A stretch of 64,000 nt of DNA from a virus: IMG/VR virus record IMGVR_UViG_3300046167_000876; one strand, written 5' to 3'. Below are positions 13,401-23,156 of this stretch, one piece after another. The position numbers and the translations under genes are program-made. The notes beneath the pieces are model-generated. The model was not told where the DNA came from, made no database searches, and saw only the letters and a list, made by a program, of their open reading frames with translations. The first letter of the stretch is position 1; every line of letters starts with the position of its first letter.

Positions 13401-15130
13401 CTATTGCCGGAGGAGCATGTAATATGAATAATGGTCAATGTTCATTTATTGGGGCAGGTTTTGCAAATACAAGTTCAGCACAAATGAACTTTATAGGAAG
13501 TGGATGTACAAATTATGCTAGTCGAGATCTTGGTGCTGTTGTTGCAGGACAAGATAATTGTAACGCAGGTATAGCATCTTTTATTGGAGCTGGTACTGAT
13601 AATTATGTTGATTATTGTTCAGTTGCTACTAGTGTACTTGGTGGTAATAGAAATAAAGTATGTAATGCTTCTTGTTGTGCTGCCATAGTTGGAGGAGAAA
13701 AGAATAGCCTTTGTTTTGCTCCTTTTTCTACCATAGTAGGAGGTTGTATGAATACAATATCAGGTAGTTCCCAAATATCATTTAGTACAATAATCTCAGG
13801 TAAAGAAAATTTAGTTCAAGGAAATTATGCAGCAGCAGGTGGAGAATTTGCTCAAGCTACTGGAGATCAATCAATAGCTTATGGTTACGCAGTAACAGCA
13901 TCAGGAGGTGCTTCTGCAGCATTTGGTGCTGTTAATAATGCAAAAGGAGGTAATTCATTTGCACTTGGAGGTCAAACAAATTTAGCATCAGGATTAGATG
14001 CAGTTGCTTCAGGATGTGGTAATACAGCTAGTGGTTGTCAATCATTTGTAATTGGTACAGGTGCTACTGCTTCTGGTAATTCCTCATTTGCAGGAGGTGG
14101 ATCTGGTACTAAAGCAACTAATGAAGGTTCATTTGCATTTGGTCAAGGTAACTGTGCATGTCGTACAAACTCCGCAGTATTAGGAGGATGTTTGAATAAA
14201 GCTCTTGGTTCAGGTTGTGATATTATAGCAGGTGGATTTTGCAATGAAATTACGAGTGGAATAGGAAATGCTATAGTAGGAGGAGCTCAAAATTATATCC
14301 AAGCAGGAAACCATAACTTTATTGGAAGTGGAGGATCTAATTGTATCACCATGGATACTAACATAAATGGTTATACAGCAGTAAATGGAATTTGTAATAT
14401 ATCAGATGGGGATGGTAGTTATTCATTCATGGCTGGGGGTTATAATAATAATTTTGGAGCATATAGTATAGTTCTTGGGAATGGATCAGTAGGAAGTAAA
14501 GGTAATGTTCAAGTTGCTATAGGTTGTGGTATTACTACTCCAACAAGTGCAACTGCAGCTAGAGGAGATTCTCAAGTTATTGTTGGTAAATTTAATGATT
14601 ATGCTGGTTCTACCTGTGTACATAGATTTGCTGTTGGTAATGGTACTTCAGATACTTCAAGAAGTACTAAATTTGCTGTAATAGGAAGTGGTACATCTAA
14701 TGGTCAAGTAGCAGTTAATTCTACAAATGGATGTTCTTTTTATACATTCTTTGTAAATGGTAGCGCAGCTAAACCATTTGGTGGAAGTTGGTCAAACTCT
14801 TCAGATGAAAGATTAAAAACCAATATTCAAAACTATACTAAGAGTTTAAGTGATATTATACAAATCCAACCAAGAACATTTGATTATACTGGTGCAGCTA
14901 ACCATCCAACAGGAAGTGGAATTGGTATCATAGCCCAAGAAATACAAAGTATTTTCCCAGAAACAATTCATAATTTTACAGCTAAATTAAATGAAAATGA
15001 TGAAGAAGAAACTACAGATTTATTAGGTTTCCAACAAGATCCACTTATATTTGCTGCTATTAATGCCATAAAGGAATTAAATACTAAAGTAGAACAACTA
15101 GAACAACGTATTCAAGAATTAGAAGGATAA
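4417..15130 (+). CDS. Giant (~3570 aa) tail fibre: Gly-X-X Ser/Thr repeats, five copies of an ~82-aa globular domain, Cys/Gly-rich GGxxN solenoids, C-terminal peptidase S74 intramolecular chaperone
   Basis: ORFs 4417-6522 and 5471-15130 join by removing one G from GGG at 6373-6375. C-terminal SDERLKTNI..GIIAQEIQSIFPE..NAIKELNTKVEQLE is the S74 signature. Confidence 0.8.
4693..13153 (+). repeat. Degenerate 9-bp tandem repeats (tcaggaact/agtggtaca/gatggtaca) encoding SGT/SGS/DGT/NGT triplets in about nine tracts
   Basis: Directly visible; Gly at every third residue. Confidence 0.95.
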
Positions 15131-15136
15131 AAAAAT

Positions 15137-15460
15137 ATGAAACATACTTGGAAAATTTATGAATTAAATAGAAATGTAACTAACGGTGTAGTTAATAAAG
15201 TTAAGTTTGCTTGTATATCTTACATTAATAGTGGAAGTAAATCTTACTCTAGAAGAAAAGTAGGAGATATAGAAATATCTGGTAGTTCAACTGATGAAAA
15301 TTTTGTTCCTTATGAAAACTTAACAGAAGGTGATGTATTAGCTTGGGTAACTAGTTCTATTGATTATACATCTTATGAAACATGGAATTCTGCTTCTTTA
15401 GCTTCTTCATTATTAGAAATATCAAATGTAACAGAAGCAACAGGAAAACCTTGGAATTAA
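15137..15460 (+). CDS. Small fibre-associated protein (TWKI..FVPYENLTE..VLAWV..GKPW type)
   Basis: Motif pattern typical of small proteins that follow S74-fibre genes in aquatic phages. Confidence 0.5.
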   Translation: MKHTWKIYELNRNVTNGVVNKVKFACISYINSGSKSYSRRKVGDIEISGSSTDENFVPYENLTEGDVLAWVTSSIDYTSYETWNSASLASSLLEISNVTEATGKPWN

Positions 15461-15468
15461 TAAAATAA

Positions 15469-15498
15469 TGTGGAAAACTAAGAATAATGTTGTATATT
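15469..15498 (+). promoter_or_regulatory. Bacteroidota-type sigma70 promoter TGTGG-N15-GTTGTATATT
   Basis: Same spacing as five other copies; resembles the -33 TTTG / -7 TAnnTTTG consensus. Confidence 0.55.
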
Positions 15499-15523
15499 GT
15501 TCTTACTAAAATTAAAGTTATAA

Positions 15524-16399
15524 ATGAATATAATATTCCAAATAGAGGGTGGTCTAGGTAAATCTATCATGGCTACAGCAATGGTAAAAGTTATTAAAAA
15601 ACGTTATAAAAATTCTCATCTAGTAGTAGTTACAGCGTTTAAAGATGTATTTTTAAATAATCCAAATGTTGATGAAATATATAATATTAATAACACAAGT
15701 GGTTTTTATTTAAAATATATTAAAGACAAAAAATGTAAAATTTTTGTAAATGAACCTTATAGAACCTCAAATTTTATTCTAGAAAAACCAATACATCTAT
15801 TTAAAACCTGGTGTGATTTATATGGATTACATTATAATAATGAACAACCAGAAATTTATTTAACACAACCTGAGTTAGATTATTTTAAACCCTTTTACCA
15901 AACAGATAAACCAATATTAGCAATACAACCAAATGGAGGTCCACAAAATTTAGGTTATAACTATGCATGGACAAGGGATTTACCTGATCCTACCGTAATA
16001 GATATAATTAATAGATATAAAGAATCCCATACTATTGTACATATAAAAAGAGAAGATCAAAAAGTTTATCCTGATACCTTACATGCTTTAGATGGATTTA
16101 GAAGTATAGCAGTACTATTATTATTATCAGATAAAAGAATATTAATAGATAGTTTTGTTCAACATATGGCAGCAGCATTAAATTTAAAATCAACTGTATG
16201 TTGGTCAAATACAAAACCTGAAATTTTTGGTTATAAACTTCATGATAATATTAAATCAAACCCATTTACAAAAGAATTAAATTATGAAGAGGCATCATAT
16301 GCTCCTTTTAATTTGTCTGAAGGTATACATAATTTCCCTTATAACGATTTAAGTGAAGTATTTGATAGTAATAAAATATTTCAATCTATAGAACAATAA
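15524..16399 (+). CDS. GT-B glycosyltransferase, GT9/heptosyltransferase-like
   Basis: N-terminal GGLGKSIMAT, VFLNNPNVDEIY, and C-terminal IDSFVQHMAAALN (GT9 DSG..H.A.A-like). Confidence 0.7.
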   Translation: MNIIFQIEGGLGKSIMATAMVKVIKKRYKNSHLVVVTAFKDVFLNNPNVDEIYNINNTSGFYLKYIKDKKCKIFVNEPYRTSNFILEKPIHLFKTWCDLYGLHYNNEQPEIYLTQPELDYFKPFYQTDKPILAIQPNGGPQNLGYNYAWTRDLPDPTVIDIINRYKESHTIVHIKREDQKVYPDTLHALDGFRSIAVLLLLSDKRILIDSFVQHMAAALNLKSTVCWSNTKPEIFGYKLHDNIKSNPFTKELNYEEASYAPFNLSEGIHNFPYNDLSEVFDSNKIFQSIEQ

Positions 16400-16436
16400 A
16401 TAATTATATATGTAGGTTATTAATAATAATACCTTA

Positions 16437-16445
16437 ATATTTATA
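16437..16445 (+). promoter_or_regulatory. Putative late promoter ATATTTATA
   Basis: Recurrent motif upstream of ATG 16483. Confidence 0.55.
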
Positions 16446-16482
16446 ATCACAAAATAGTTATATTACATTTAAATATAAAATT

Positions 16483-16965
16483 ATGAGTTGGACCTATAAA
16501 CAGCATGAAATAGGAGATATTACTCAATTCCCAGAAAATACATTCGGTTTCGTTTATATAACAACACATAAGCCTACGGGCAAGTCATATATTGGGAAAA
16601 AAGTATTATTTCATAATAGAAAACAAAAGTTAGGTAAAAAAGATTTAGCTAAACTTCAAGGTATAGTGGGTAGAAGACCTTCATATAAACTAGTAGTTAA
16701 AGAATCAGATTGGAAAAACTATTATGGATCCCAATCTGACATTAAACAATTATTACTTGAGGGTAAAAAAGATGAATTTGATCGTACTATTTTAAAAATG
16801 TGCCCTGATAAAAAATCAATGACCTATTTTGAAGTTAAATATCAAATGATATATCAAGTATTAGAAAAACCTGATGAATTTTTTAATGATAATATTTTAG
16901 GTAAATTTTTTACGAAAGATTTAAATAATATAGAATTTGAAGATTTCGTGTCTTATAAAATATAG
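16483..16965 (+). CDS. GIY-YIG superfamily nuclease (Seg-like)
   Basis: GFVY-x10-YIGKK, ESDWKNYYGS, conserved E and C-terminal FNDNI. Confidence 0.75.
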   Translation: MSWTYKQHEIGDITQFPENTFGFVYITTHKPTGKSYIGKKVLFHNRKQKLGKKDLAKLQGIVGRRPSYKLVVKESDWKNYYGSQSDIKQLLLEGKKDEFDRTILKMCPDKKSMTYFEVKYQMIYQVLEKPDEFFNDNILGKFFTKDLNNIEFEDFVSYKI

Positions 16966-16976
16966 TTTCGTATATT
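16947..16976 (+). promoter_or_regulatory. Bacteroidota-type promoter CGTGT-N15-TTCGTATATT
   Basis: Matches the recurring class with identical spacing. Confidence 0.55.
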
Positions 16977-16998
16977 AAGTTATACAAAATAGTTTTAA

Positions 16999-18501
16999 AT
17001 GAGTAAAATAGATTTAGTTTCTAAGCAAAGAGAAGCGGCACATAAATATGCTGCTAAAAATGCTTATCCACCTTTTGAATGGGAAGTACAATCTAACCAT
17101 ATTAAGTTAAAAAATGGTATCCCCCAAGGAAATATTAGGTATACTTTTTACGATGATGATAATGATCTTCAATATGAAGGTGATATTAGAATTATTGAAG
17201 GTGAAGATGGTTTAATTAGACAAGATATTGATTTTAAATTAGTTGAAGGTCAATATGAAGATGTAGTTAATTCTTTTAATATATACCGACTTTATTCTAC
17301 ACAAGTTACAATTGGCTATTGGGTATGTGATACTTATCAGCACATTAATATTATTTGTATAAGAGGATATGGAGAGAAAGCAGCTATTAGAGCTAAGCTT
17401 GCTGCTCGTTATTGGAAACAAGTATTAGGAGTAGATTGTACCCCTAGTAAATTTTTAGGAGAAGATGTTTTAGAAGTTCCATTTAACCTCCCAGAACCTT
17501 TATTTTATGATACAGATAAAATAGATATTTTGCAAAAAATAAAATCAAAATTCCCTCAAATTCAACTAGAAATTTTAGATTATATTAAATCAAATGAATT
17601 TTATGATTATCCTAAATATGAAGTATCAAATGAATTGTATGATGGAGAATTATATAAAAATGATTGGAAAGCAATTCCTTTAAGTGAATTTGAAGAAGAG
17701 CATGTTGAATTAACTGAAGATGATGTGGTTAAATCAGAAATAAATAATAAACTTCCTAAAATAAAAGGTTTAATTCCAACTTATAATAAAATAATTAAAC
17801 AGGGTGAAAAAGAAGGATGGATTAGAAATTCATTTCTTTCAAAATTAAATCCTGGGAGTATTATAGAACCCCATAAAGGATGGTCAAATAATTTTTTAAG
17901 ATGTCATATTGGTATAGATGTAGATAATGAATGTTATATAACAAAAGAACTCCCCAATTCTGATTTAAAAATAAAAGAAACAAGAACTTGGAAAGAAGGA
18001 GAATGGATTGCATTTCAAGATGGAGGTAATTATTTACATTCAGTAAAACATAAAGGAACAAAACCTAGAATAGTATTATCTTTAGATCTTAATTTGGATT
18101 ATATATTTGAGGGTAGTTATTTAAAATATGCACAAGCACCTTTACGATCTAATTTATATTATAGTTTTACAACTACTATTATTAAAGGAAGACAAAAAAC
18201 CCCTTCTTTTCCAACTGCTAATTTTAAAGAAAAACCTAATTTAAATTGTGGGTTATATATAGTAGATACTAATTTTGGTAAAGCCCTTTTAATCCATTTC
18301 CCCCCTTCTATAAAAAATCCACAACCAACTTCAGTTCATATATTAAACTTTAACAAGGACATATATGAAAAAGAAATTACAATTTCTAACCCCAGAATAA
18401 TTAATGATACAGAAAATGATGATGTCCTTGTATCTAGTATAGGATTAGGATTTGATAGTCCTTTAATTGAATGTTTTAATAAATTTTGTGAAGAAATATA
18501 A
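16999..18501 (+). CDS. Multi-domain protein: unknown N-terminus, aspartyl/asparaginyl beta-hydroxylase (2OG-Fe(II)) domain, degenerate riboflavin-kinase-like C-terminus
   Basis: LSKLNPGSIIEPHKG..LRCHIG..WKEGE..FQD..HSVKH..RIVL is the hydroxylase pattern. KGRQ..FPTANF..GLY..HILNFNKDIY resembles flavokinase. Confidence 0.65.
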   Translation: MSKIDLVSKQREAAHKYAAKNAYPPFEWEVQSNHIKLKNGIPQGNIRYTFYDDDNDLQYEGDIRIIEGEDGLIRQDIDFKLVEGQYEDVVNSFNIYRLYSTQVTIGYWVCDTYQHINIICIRGYGEKAAIRAKLAARYWKQVLGVDCTPSKFLGEDVLEVPFNLPEPLFYDTDKIDILQKIKSKFPQIQLEILDYIKSNEFYDYPKYEVSNELYDGELYKNDWKAIPLSEFEEEHVELTEDDVVKSEINNKLPKIKGLIPTYNKIIKQGEKEGWIRNSFLSKLNPGSIIEPHKGWSNNFLRCHIGIDVDNECYITKELPNSDLKIKETRTWKEGEWIAFQDGGNYLHSVKHKGTKPRIVLSLDLNLDYIFEGSYLKYAQAPLRSNLYYSFTTTIIKGRQKTPSFPTANFKEKPNLNCGLYIVDTNFGKALLIHFPPSIKNPQPTSVHILNFNKDIYEKEITISNPRIINDTENDDVLVSSIGLGFDSPLIECFNKFCEEI

Positions 18502-19431
18502 ATGGTAAACCAATTATTAGTTACATTAGTAAATTCAGTATTGGGTTCGGGTAAAGCTACTGCTCGAAATAACTATGCTTACCATTGTCCTTTTTGTCAT
18601 CACCACAAACCAAAAATGGAGGTTAATTTAACAGAAAATCGTGAAGGTAAAAACCCTTGGCATTGTTGGGCTTGTGATGTAAGAGGTACTACTATATATT
18701 CTTTATTTAAACAATTAAAAGTAGATGTAAGTAAATTTACTGAACTTAAATCACTTGTTAAAACATCTAAATCAATAAAAGAAACACAAGTTGTATCTAG
18801 TGTATCATTACCTAATGAATATATTAGCCTAAATAACGTGGATAATAGCGGGATTATGGCTAGACACGCGCTCGCATACCTAAAAAATAGGCATGTGAGT
18901 AAATACGATATACTCAAATATAATATAGGTTATTGTAAAGAAGGTTTATATAAAAATATGATTATTATACCAACATATGATATAGATGGTAGATTAAACT
19001 ACTTTACAGCTCGTTCATTTGAAAAAGAACCATATGTTAAATATAGAAACCCATCAGCATCTAGAGATATAATTCCAAATGAGCATTTAATAAACTGGAA
19101 TGTACCAGTTATTATATGTGAAGGATTATTTGATGCTATGGCTATAAAAAGAAACGCAGTACCTTTGTTAGGTAAAAATATACAAAGTAGCTTAATGAAA
19201 AAGATAGTTACTTCTGTAGTAGATAAAATTTATATTGCATTAGATAGGGATGCAATTAAACAAGCTTTAAAATTCTGTGAACGATTAATGGCAGAAGGTA
19301 AAGAAGTCTATCTTGTAGATTTACAAGATAAGGATCCGAGTGAAATGGGTTTCGAAAATTTCACTAAATTAATACAAAAAACAGTTCCATTAACCTATTA
19401 TGATTTAATGGAGCAAAAACTAGCTTTATGA
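18502..19431 (+). CDS. DNA primase (zinc-binding domain plus TOPRIM)
   Basis: CPFC..HCWAC zinc finger; EGLFDA and ALDRDA TOPRIM motifs; KDPSE. Confidence 0.9.
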   Translation: MVNQLLVTLVNSVLGSGKATARNNYAYHCPFCHHHKPKMEVNLTENREGKNPWHCWACDVRGTTIYSLFKQLKVDVSKFTELKSLVKTSKSIKETQVVSSVSLPNEYISLNNVDNSGIMARHALAYLKNRHVSKYDILKYNIGYCKEGLYKNMIIIPTYDIDGRLNYFTARSFEKEPYVKYRNPSASRDIIPNEHLINWNVPVIICEGLFDAMAIKRNAVPLLGKNIQSSLMKKIVTSVVDKIYIALDRDAIKQALKFCERLMAEGKEVYLVDLQDKDPSEMGFENFTKLIQKTVPLTYYDLMEQKLAL

Positions 19432-20207
19432 TCAAAAAATCATATAAAAGATTATTAGAAATTTCAGATGATTATCAACAAGTTACAATGCCTGATTCAA
19501 GGTATTATAGACGTAATGGTAAATATTACCCATCAGTAACTCATGTTTTAGGTTCTTACCCAAAAGGTAAATATTTTGAAGACTGGCTTAAAAAAGTAGG
19601 TTATAGTGCTGAATGGATTGTTAAAAAAGCAGCAGAAGAAGGAACATTAGTTCATGAAATGATTGAAGATTGGTTAAATGGTCAAGAAGTTACATTTTTA
19701 TATAAAGATGGTAACCCTAAAATGCCTATTCATGTATGGCAAATGTTTTTACGCTTTGTAGATTTTTGGGAGACTTATAATCCAACTCTAATTGAAGCTG
19801 AAGTACATTTATTTTCAGATAAGATTCAAGTAGCAGGTACTTGTGATTTAGTATGTGAAATTGAAATAGATGGTAAAATGGAACGTTGGATTATAGATTT
19901 TAAAACCTCTAATCATTTACAAACTACTTACGATTTACAAAGTGCAGTATATGCTCAATGTTATGAGGAATGTTTTGGTAAAAAAATAGATCGTATTGGG
20001 GTTTTATGGTTAAAATCAAAATCAAGGGGCGAAGATAAATCAGGTAAACGTTTAAAAGGTAAAAATTGGGAAGTATATGAGTCACCTCGTACACAAAAAC
20101 AAAATATAGAAATATTTACTCATGTTAAAGCCTTATTTGATATTGAAAACCCAAAACCTAAACCTTATACTAATACCTTTAAAACTATATCAAAAAGAAA
20201 AATTTAA
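19428..20207 (+). CDS. PD-(D/E)XK exonuclease
   Basis: YPSVT, GTLVH, AGTCDL, IIDFKTS, QSAVYA. Confidence 0.85.
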   Translation: MIKKSYKRLLEISDDYQQVTMPDSRYYRRNGKYYPSVTHVLGSYPKGKYFEDWLKKVGYSAEWIVKKAAEEGTLVHEMIEDWLNGQEVTFLYKDGNPKMPIHVWQMFLRFVDFWETYNPTLIEAEVHLFSDKIQVAGTCDLVCEIEIDGKMERWIIDFKTSNHLQTTYDLQSAVYAQCYEECFGKKIDRIGVLWLKSKSRGEDKSGKRLKGKNWEVYESPRTQKQNIEIFTHVKALFDIENPKPKPYTNTFKTISKRKI

Positions 20208-20215
20208 TATTTATA
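20207..20215 (+). promoter_or_regulatory. Putative late promoter ATATTTATA
   Basis: 12 nt upstream of ATG 20228. Confidence 0.65.
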
Positions 20216-20227
20216 ATAAAATATTAG

Positions 20228-20944
20228 ATGGCATTTTTTAGAGGACCAAATATTGCACGTACAGATAAAATTATTGCATCTTATGATGCAGCTTCTAACA
20301 AAAGCTATACTACTGGAACCCAGTTTAAGAATTTGATAGATGATAATAATAATTTAACAGTAAACGGTTCACCTACATTTAGTGATGGTCAAAATGGAGA
20401 TGGATATGGTTATTTTACTATGACATCTAATCAAACAACAAAGTATTTTCAAGCTTCTGCCTTTCCTTTTCCTACTACTGATATTACAATAGAAATATGG
20501 TGTAGAACCACAGATGCAACTAAAAATCAGGCTTTAATAAGCTATGCTGTATCTGGAGATAGTAATGAAAACTTATTATTCTATGCAGGTACAAGTAGCC
20601 AAAAAATGAATCTTTTTGGACCCGTTGGTTCTATATCTTCTTTTAAAGCTCTTACAGAAAATGCTTGGACCCAAGTTGTTTATACTAGAAAAAGCTCATC
20701 AGGAACTACAAAATTATTTTATAATGGTGTTGAAGAATTTTCAACAACTTTAGCAGCGGGAACAAATTTTACAACTAAGGGAACATTAAATTTTGGTCAA
20801 GAACAAGATAATGAAGGTGGTGGATTTGATCCTTCTCAATGTTGGATTGGAGATTATTCTATTATTAGAATTTATGATCATGTTTTAGATGTAATTGAAA
20901 TAGAGCAAAATTACAATTCACAAAAATCAAGATTTGGATTATAA
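20228..20944 (+). CDS. LamG/concanavalin A-like (pentraxin-like) virion protein
   Basis: YDAASNKSY start, TIEIW, LNFGQEQD, IRIYDHVL..EIEQNYN..KSRFGL. Confidence 0.8.
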   Translation: MAFFRGPNIARTDKIIASYDAASNKSYTTGTQFKNLIDDNNNLTVNGSPTFSDGQNGDGYGYFTMTSNQTTKYFQASAFPFPTTDITIEIWCRTTDATKNQALISYAVSGDSNENLLFYAGTSSQKMNLFGPVGSISSFKALTENAWTQVVYTRKSSSGTTKLFYNGVEEFSTTLAAGTNFTTKGTLNFGQEQDNEGGGFDPSQCWIGDYSIIRIYDHVLDVIEIEQNYNSQKSRFGL

Positions 20945-21573
20945 TGGGAACATATGGAGGAGCACATATAGTAAGAGATGGATTAGTATTATTACTAGAT
21001 GTAGCATCTAAATTATCATACCCAGGTACAGGAACAACTTGGTATGATTTAAGTGGGAATAATTTTGATTTTACCATAGATGGAAGTGGACTAACTTATG
21101 ACCCCTCCCCTAATGTACAAAAAGTCCCTGCTTTTGATTTAGATAATGGAGGAGCTAGTTACTCAGGTACTATTACTAATAATACTACTTGTACTTTTGT
21201 ATTTTGGATAAGAACACAAGATACCCAAGCATTATTTTGGCAAGGTCCAACTACTAGTTATTATTTGGGTGCATATAGATCTGGTAATAAGGAATACTAT
21301 GGAAACTTTGGAACTCCAGATTATTACCAGAATACTGTAGAAAAATCAAATATCTACGATAATTTAAGAAATAATGAATGGAATATGGTAGAATTTAAAA
21401 ATGTAAATATGTCTACTGTTACTGCTAATCATTTTAATCAATATAGTGGTTATACGTTTGGAACAGGTTATATAGGAGCAATTTATATATATGATAGAAA
21501 TTTAACAAGTGAAGAATCTGCTCAAAATTATAATGCATTAAAAAGTAGATACCGATACGAACCAGAACCTTAA
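20944..21573 (+). CDS. LamG-like lectin-fold virion protein
   Basis: DGLVLLLDVASKLSYPGTGTTWYDLSGN..IYDRNLTSEESAQNYNALKSRY. Confidence 0.8.
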   Translation: MGTYGGAHIVRDGLVLLLDVASKLSYPGTGTTWYDLSGNNFDFTIDGSGLTYDPSPNVQKVPAFDLDNGGASYSGTITNNTTCTFVFWIRTQDTQALFWQGPTTSYYLGAYRSGNKEYYGNFGTPDYYQNTVEKSNIYDNLRNNEWNMVEFKNVNMSTVTANHFNQYSGYTFGTGYIGAIYIYDRNLTSEESAQNYNALKSRYRYEPEP

Positions 21574-21580
21574 ATAAAAT

Positions 21581-22294
21581 ATGTATACAGGACCACACAT
21601 AATAACAGATGGATTACAAATACATTTAGATGCTGCAAGTTTTAGATCATACCCTAGAACTGGTACTACATGGACTGATTTAGTATCTAATACTGTATTT
21701 AACCCAGATAATGGTACTCCAACTTTTGATAGTGAAGGATTAGTATGGGATTTTGAAAATGGTAGTCAGAACAATTTTAAATGTGAAAGCAATCTACCAG
21801 ATACAAATACACAACAAGAATACACTAGAATAGCATGGTTTAATCCAGAAACAGTAGCTGGAGGAAATCCTTATTATATATTTTTAAATGAAGTAGGTAA
21901 TAATGGAGATATGATGTTAGGTATATCTAATTCAAAAATATGCTACCATTCATATGTTAATGCAGATTCTGCAGGAACAGGTAACCAAGATTATACTTTA
22001 TCAGGTCAAACTACATTACAAATAGGTAATTGGTATATGGGTGCAGTTACTTTTAGTAGAAGTAATTTAATAGTAAACTTATATCTTAATGGTGTATTAG
22101 ATAAACAACATACAAGTATAAGACCAGTAGGAAACGCTGGTTCTGATAATTTATTTGTTGGTGGGGCAGAAAACTATATACAATCAAGAACTTTTGATGG
22201 GTTAATTAGTGTAGTACAACACTATAATAGAGTATTATCTGCAACTGAAATTGCACAAAACTACAACGCATTAAAAAATAGATTCGGTCTATAA
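21581..22294 (+). CDS. LamG-like lectin-fold virion protein
   Basis: DGLQIHLDAASFRSYPRTGTTWTDL..LYLNGVL..YNRVLSATEIAQNYNALKNRFGL. Confidence 0.8.
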   Translation: MYTGPHIITDGLQIHLDAASFRSYPRTGTTWTDLVSNTVFNPDNGTPTFDSEGLVWDFENGSQNNFKCESNLPDTNTQQEYTRIAWFNPETVAGGNPYYIFLNEVGNNGDMMLGISNSKICYHSYVNADSAGTGNQDYTLSGQTTLQIGNWYMGAVTFSRSNLIVNLYLNGVLDKQHTSIRPVGNAGSDNLFVGGAENYIQSRTFDGLISVVQHYNRVLSATEIAQNYNALKNRFGL

Positions 22295-22309
22295 ATTCCC
22301 ACGTAAAAA

Positions 22310-22339
22310 TTTGGCTACCCGGGATAGGGTTCGTATATT
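22310..22339 (+). promoter_or_regulatory. Bacteroidota-type promoter TTTGG-N15-TTCGTATATT
   Basis: Exact consensus of the class; intergenic before 22371. Confidence 0.7.
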
Positions 22340-22370
22340 CACCACGTATTAATGGTTAAAAATAAAGGTT

Positions 22371-22697
22371 ATGTCTATTTTAAGTAAAAAAATCAAAAGT
22401 TTAAACGACGGAGAAAGTTTCAATTTTATCTATAAGGATAAAGAATATGAATTTTGTTGTTATTCCTATTCAGATGAAAAAAAACATTACTCAATTCGTG
22501 ATGCAAGCAGCTTTTTAGGTGCAGGTATGAATGTTGAAAAAATTACCAAAAAGTATATTTCATTATATGATTATAACTTATTTAATGTTAGATCAACATA
22601 TAAAATTCCAGTTAATAGTATTACTCTTAAAATAAAAGACATTCCAGGTTTTGAAGGAACTATGGAAGGGTTAAATGAAATTACAATTAGAAAATAA
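22371..22697 (+). CDS. Hypothetical protein
   Basis: 108-aa ORF directly after a promoter. Confidence 0.55.
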   Translation: MSILSKKIKSLNDGESFNFIYKDKEYEFCCYSYSDEKKHYSIRDASSFLGAGMNVEKITKKYISLYDYNLFNVRSTYKIPVNSITLKIKDIPGFEGTMEGLNEITIRK

Positions 22698-22698
22698 T

Positions 22699-23154
22699 AT
22701 GAAAAAAATAGTATATTTACACGGTTTAGAAAGTGAAGCAGGAGGCCCAAAAGTGTCTTTCCTTGCTGAAAAAGGTATGGTTTATGCTCCTGCTATGAAT
22801 TATGAAAGTTTAAACTTACATGAATTTATCCTTACTTTAGGTATGCCTGATTTAATTATAGGCTCTAGTATGGGTGGTTATGTTGCCGATGTTATAGGTT
22901 CAAGATTAGGAGTTGATGTTTTATTATTTAATCCTGCTTTACATAGTAGATCAATCCCAGTAAATCATGAATATTACGGTAACACATATAAACGTACAAT
23001 TGTTTTAGGTACTGAAGATGATGTTATTGACCCTGAAACAACTAAAAAGTTATGGCCTGTCCATTATAATAAAGCAATATTTGATGAAGTAGAGGGTATG
23101 AGTCATAGAACGCCACTTGATGTTTTTATCAATATGTATAATAAACATGCTTAA
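22699..23154 (+). CDS. YqiA/UPF0227-like alpha/beta hydrolase (esterase)
   Basis: YLHGLES, GSSMGG nucleophile elbow, LFNPAL, DDVID, terminal His. Start at MKKIV (22699) avoids overlap with the upstream gene. Confidence 0.85.
   Translation: MKKIVYLHGLESEAGGPKVSFLAEKGMVYAPAMNYESLNLHEFILTLGMPDLIIGSSMGGYVADVIGSRLGVDVLLFNPALHSRSIPVNHEYYGNTYKRTIVLGTEDDVIDPETTKKLWPVHYNKAIFDEVEGMSHRTPLDVFINMYNKHA
23132..23140 (+). promoter_or_regulatory. Putative late promoter variant ATATGTATA
   Basis: 16 nt upstream of ATG 23157. Confidence 0.55.
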
Positions 23155-23156
23155 TT

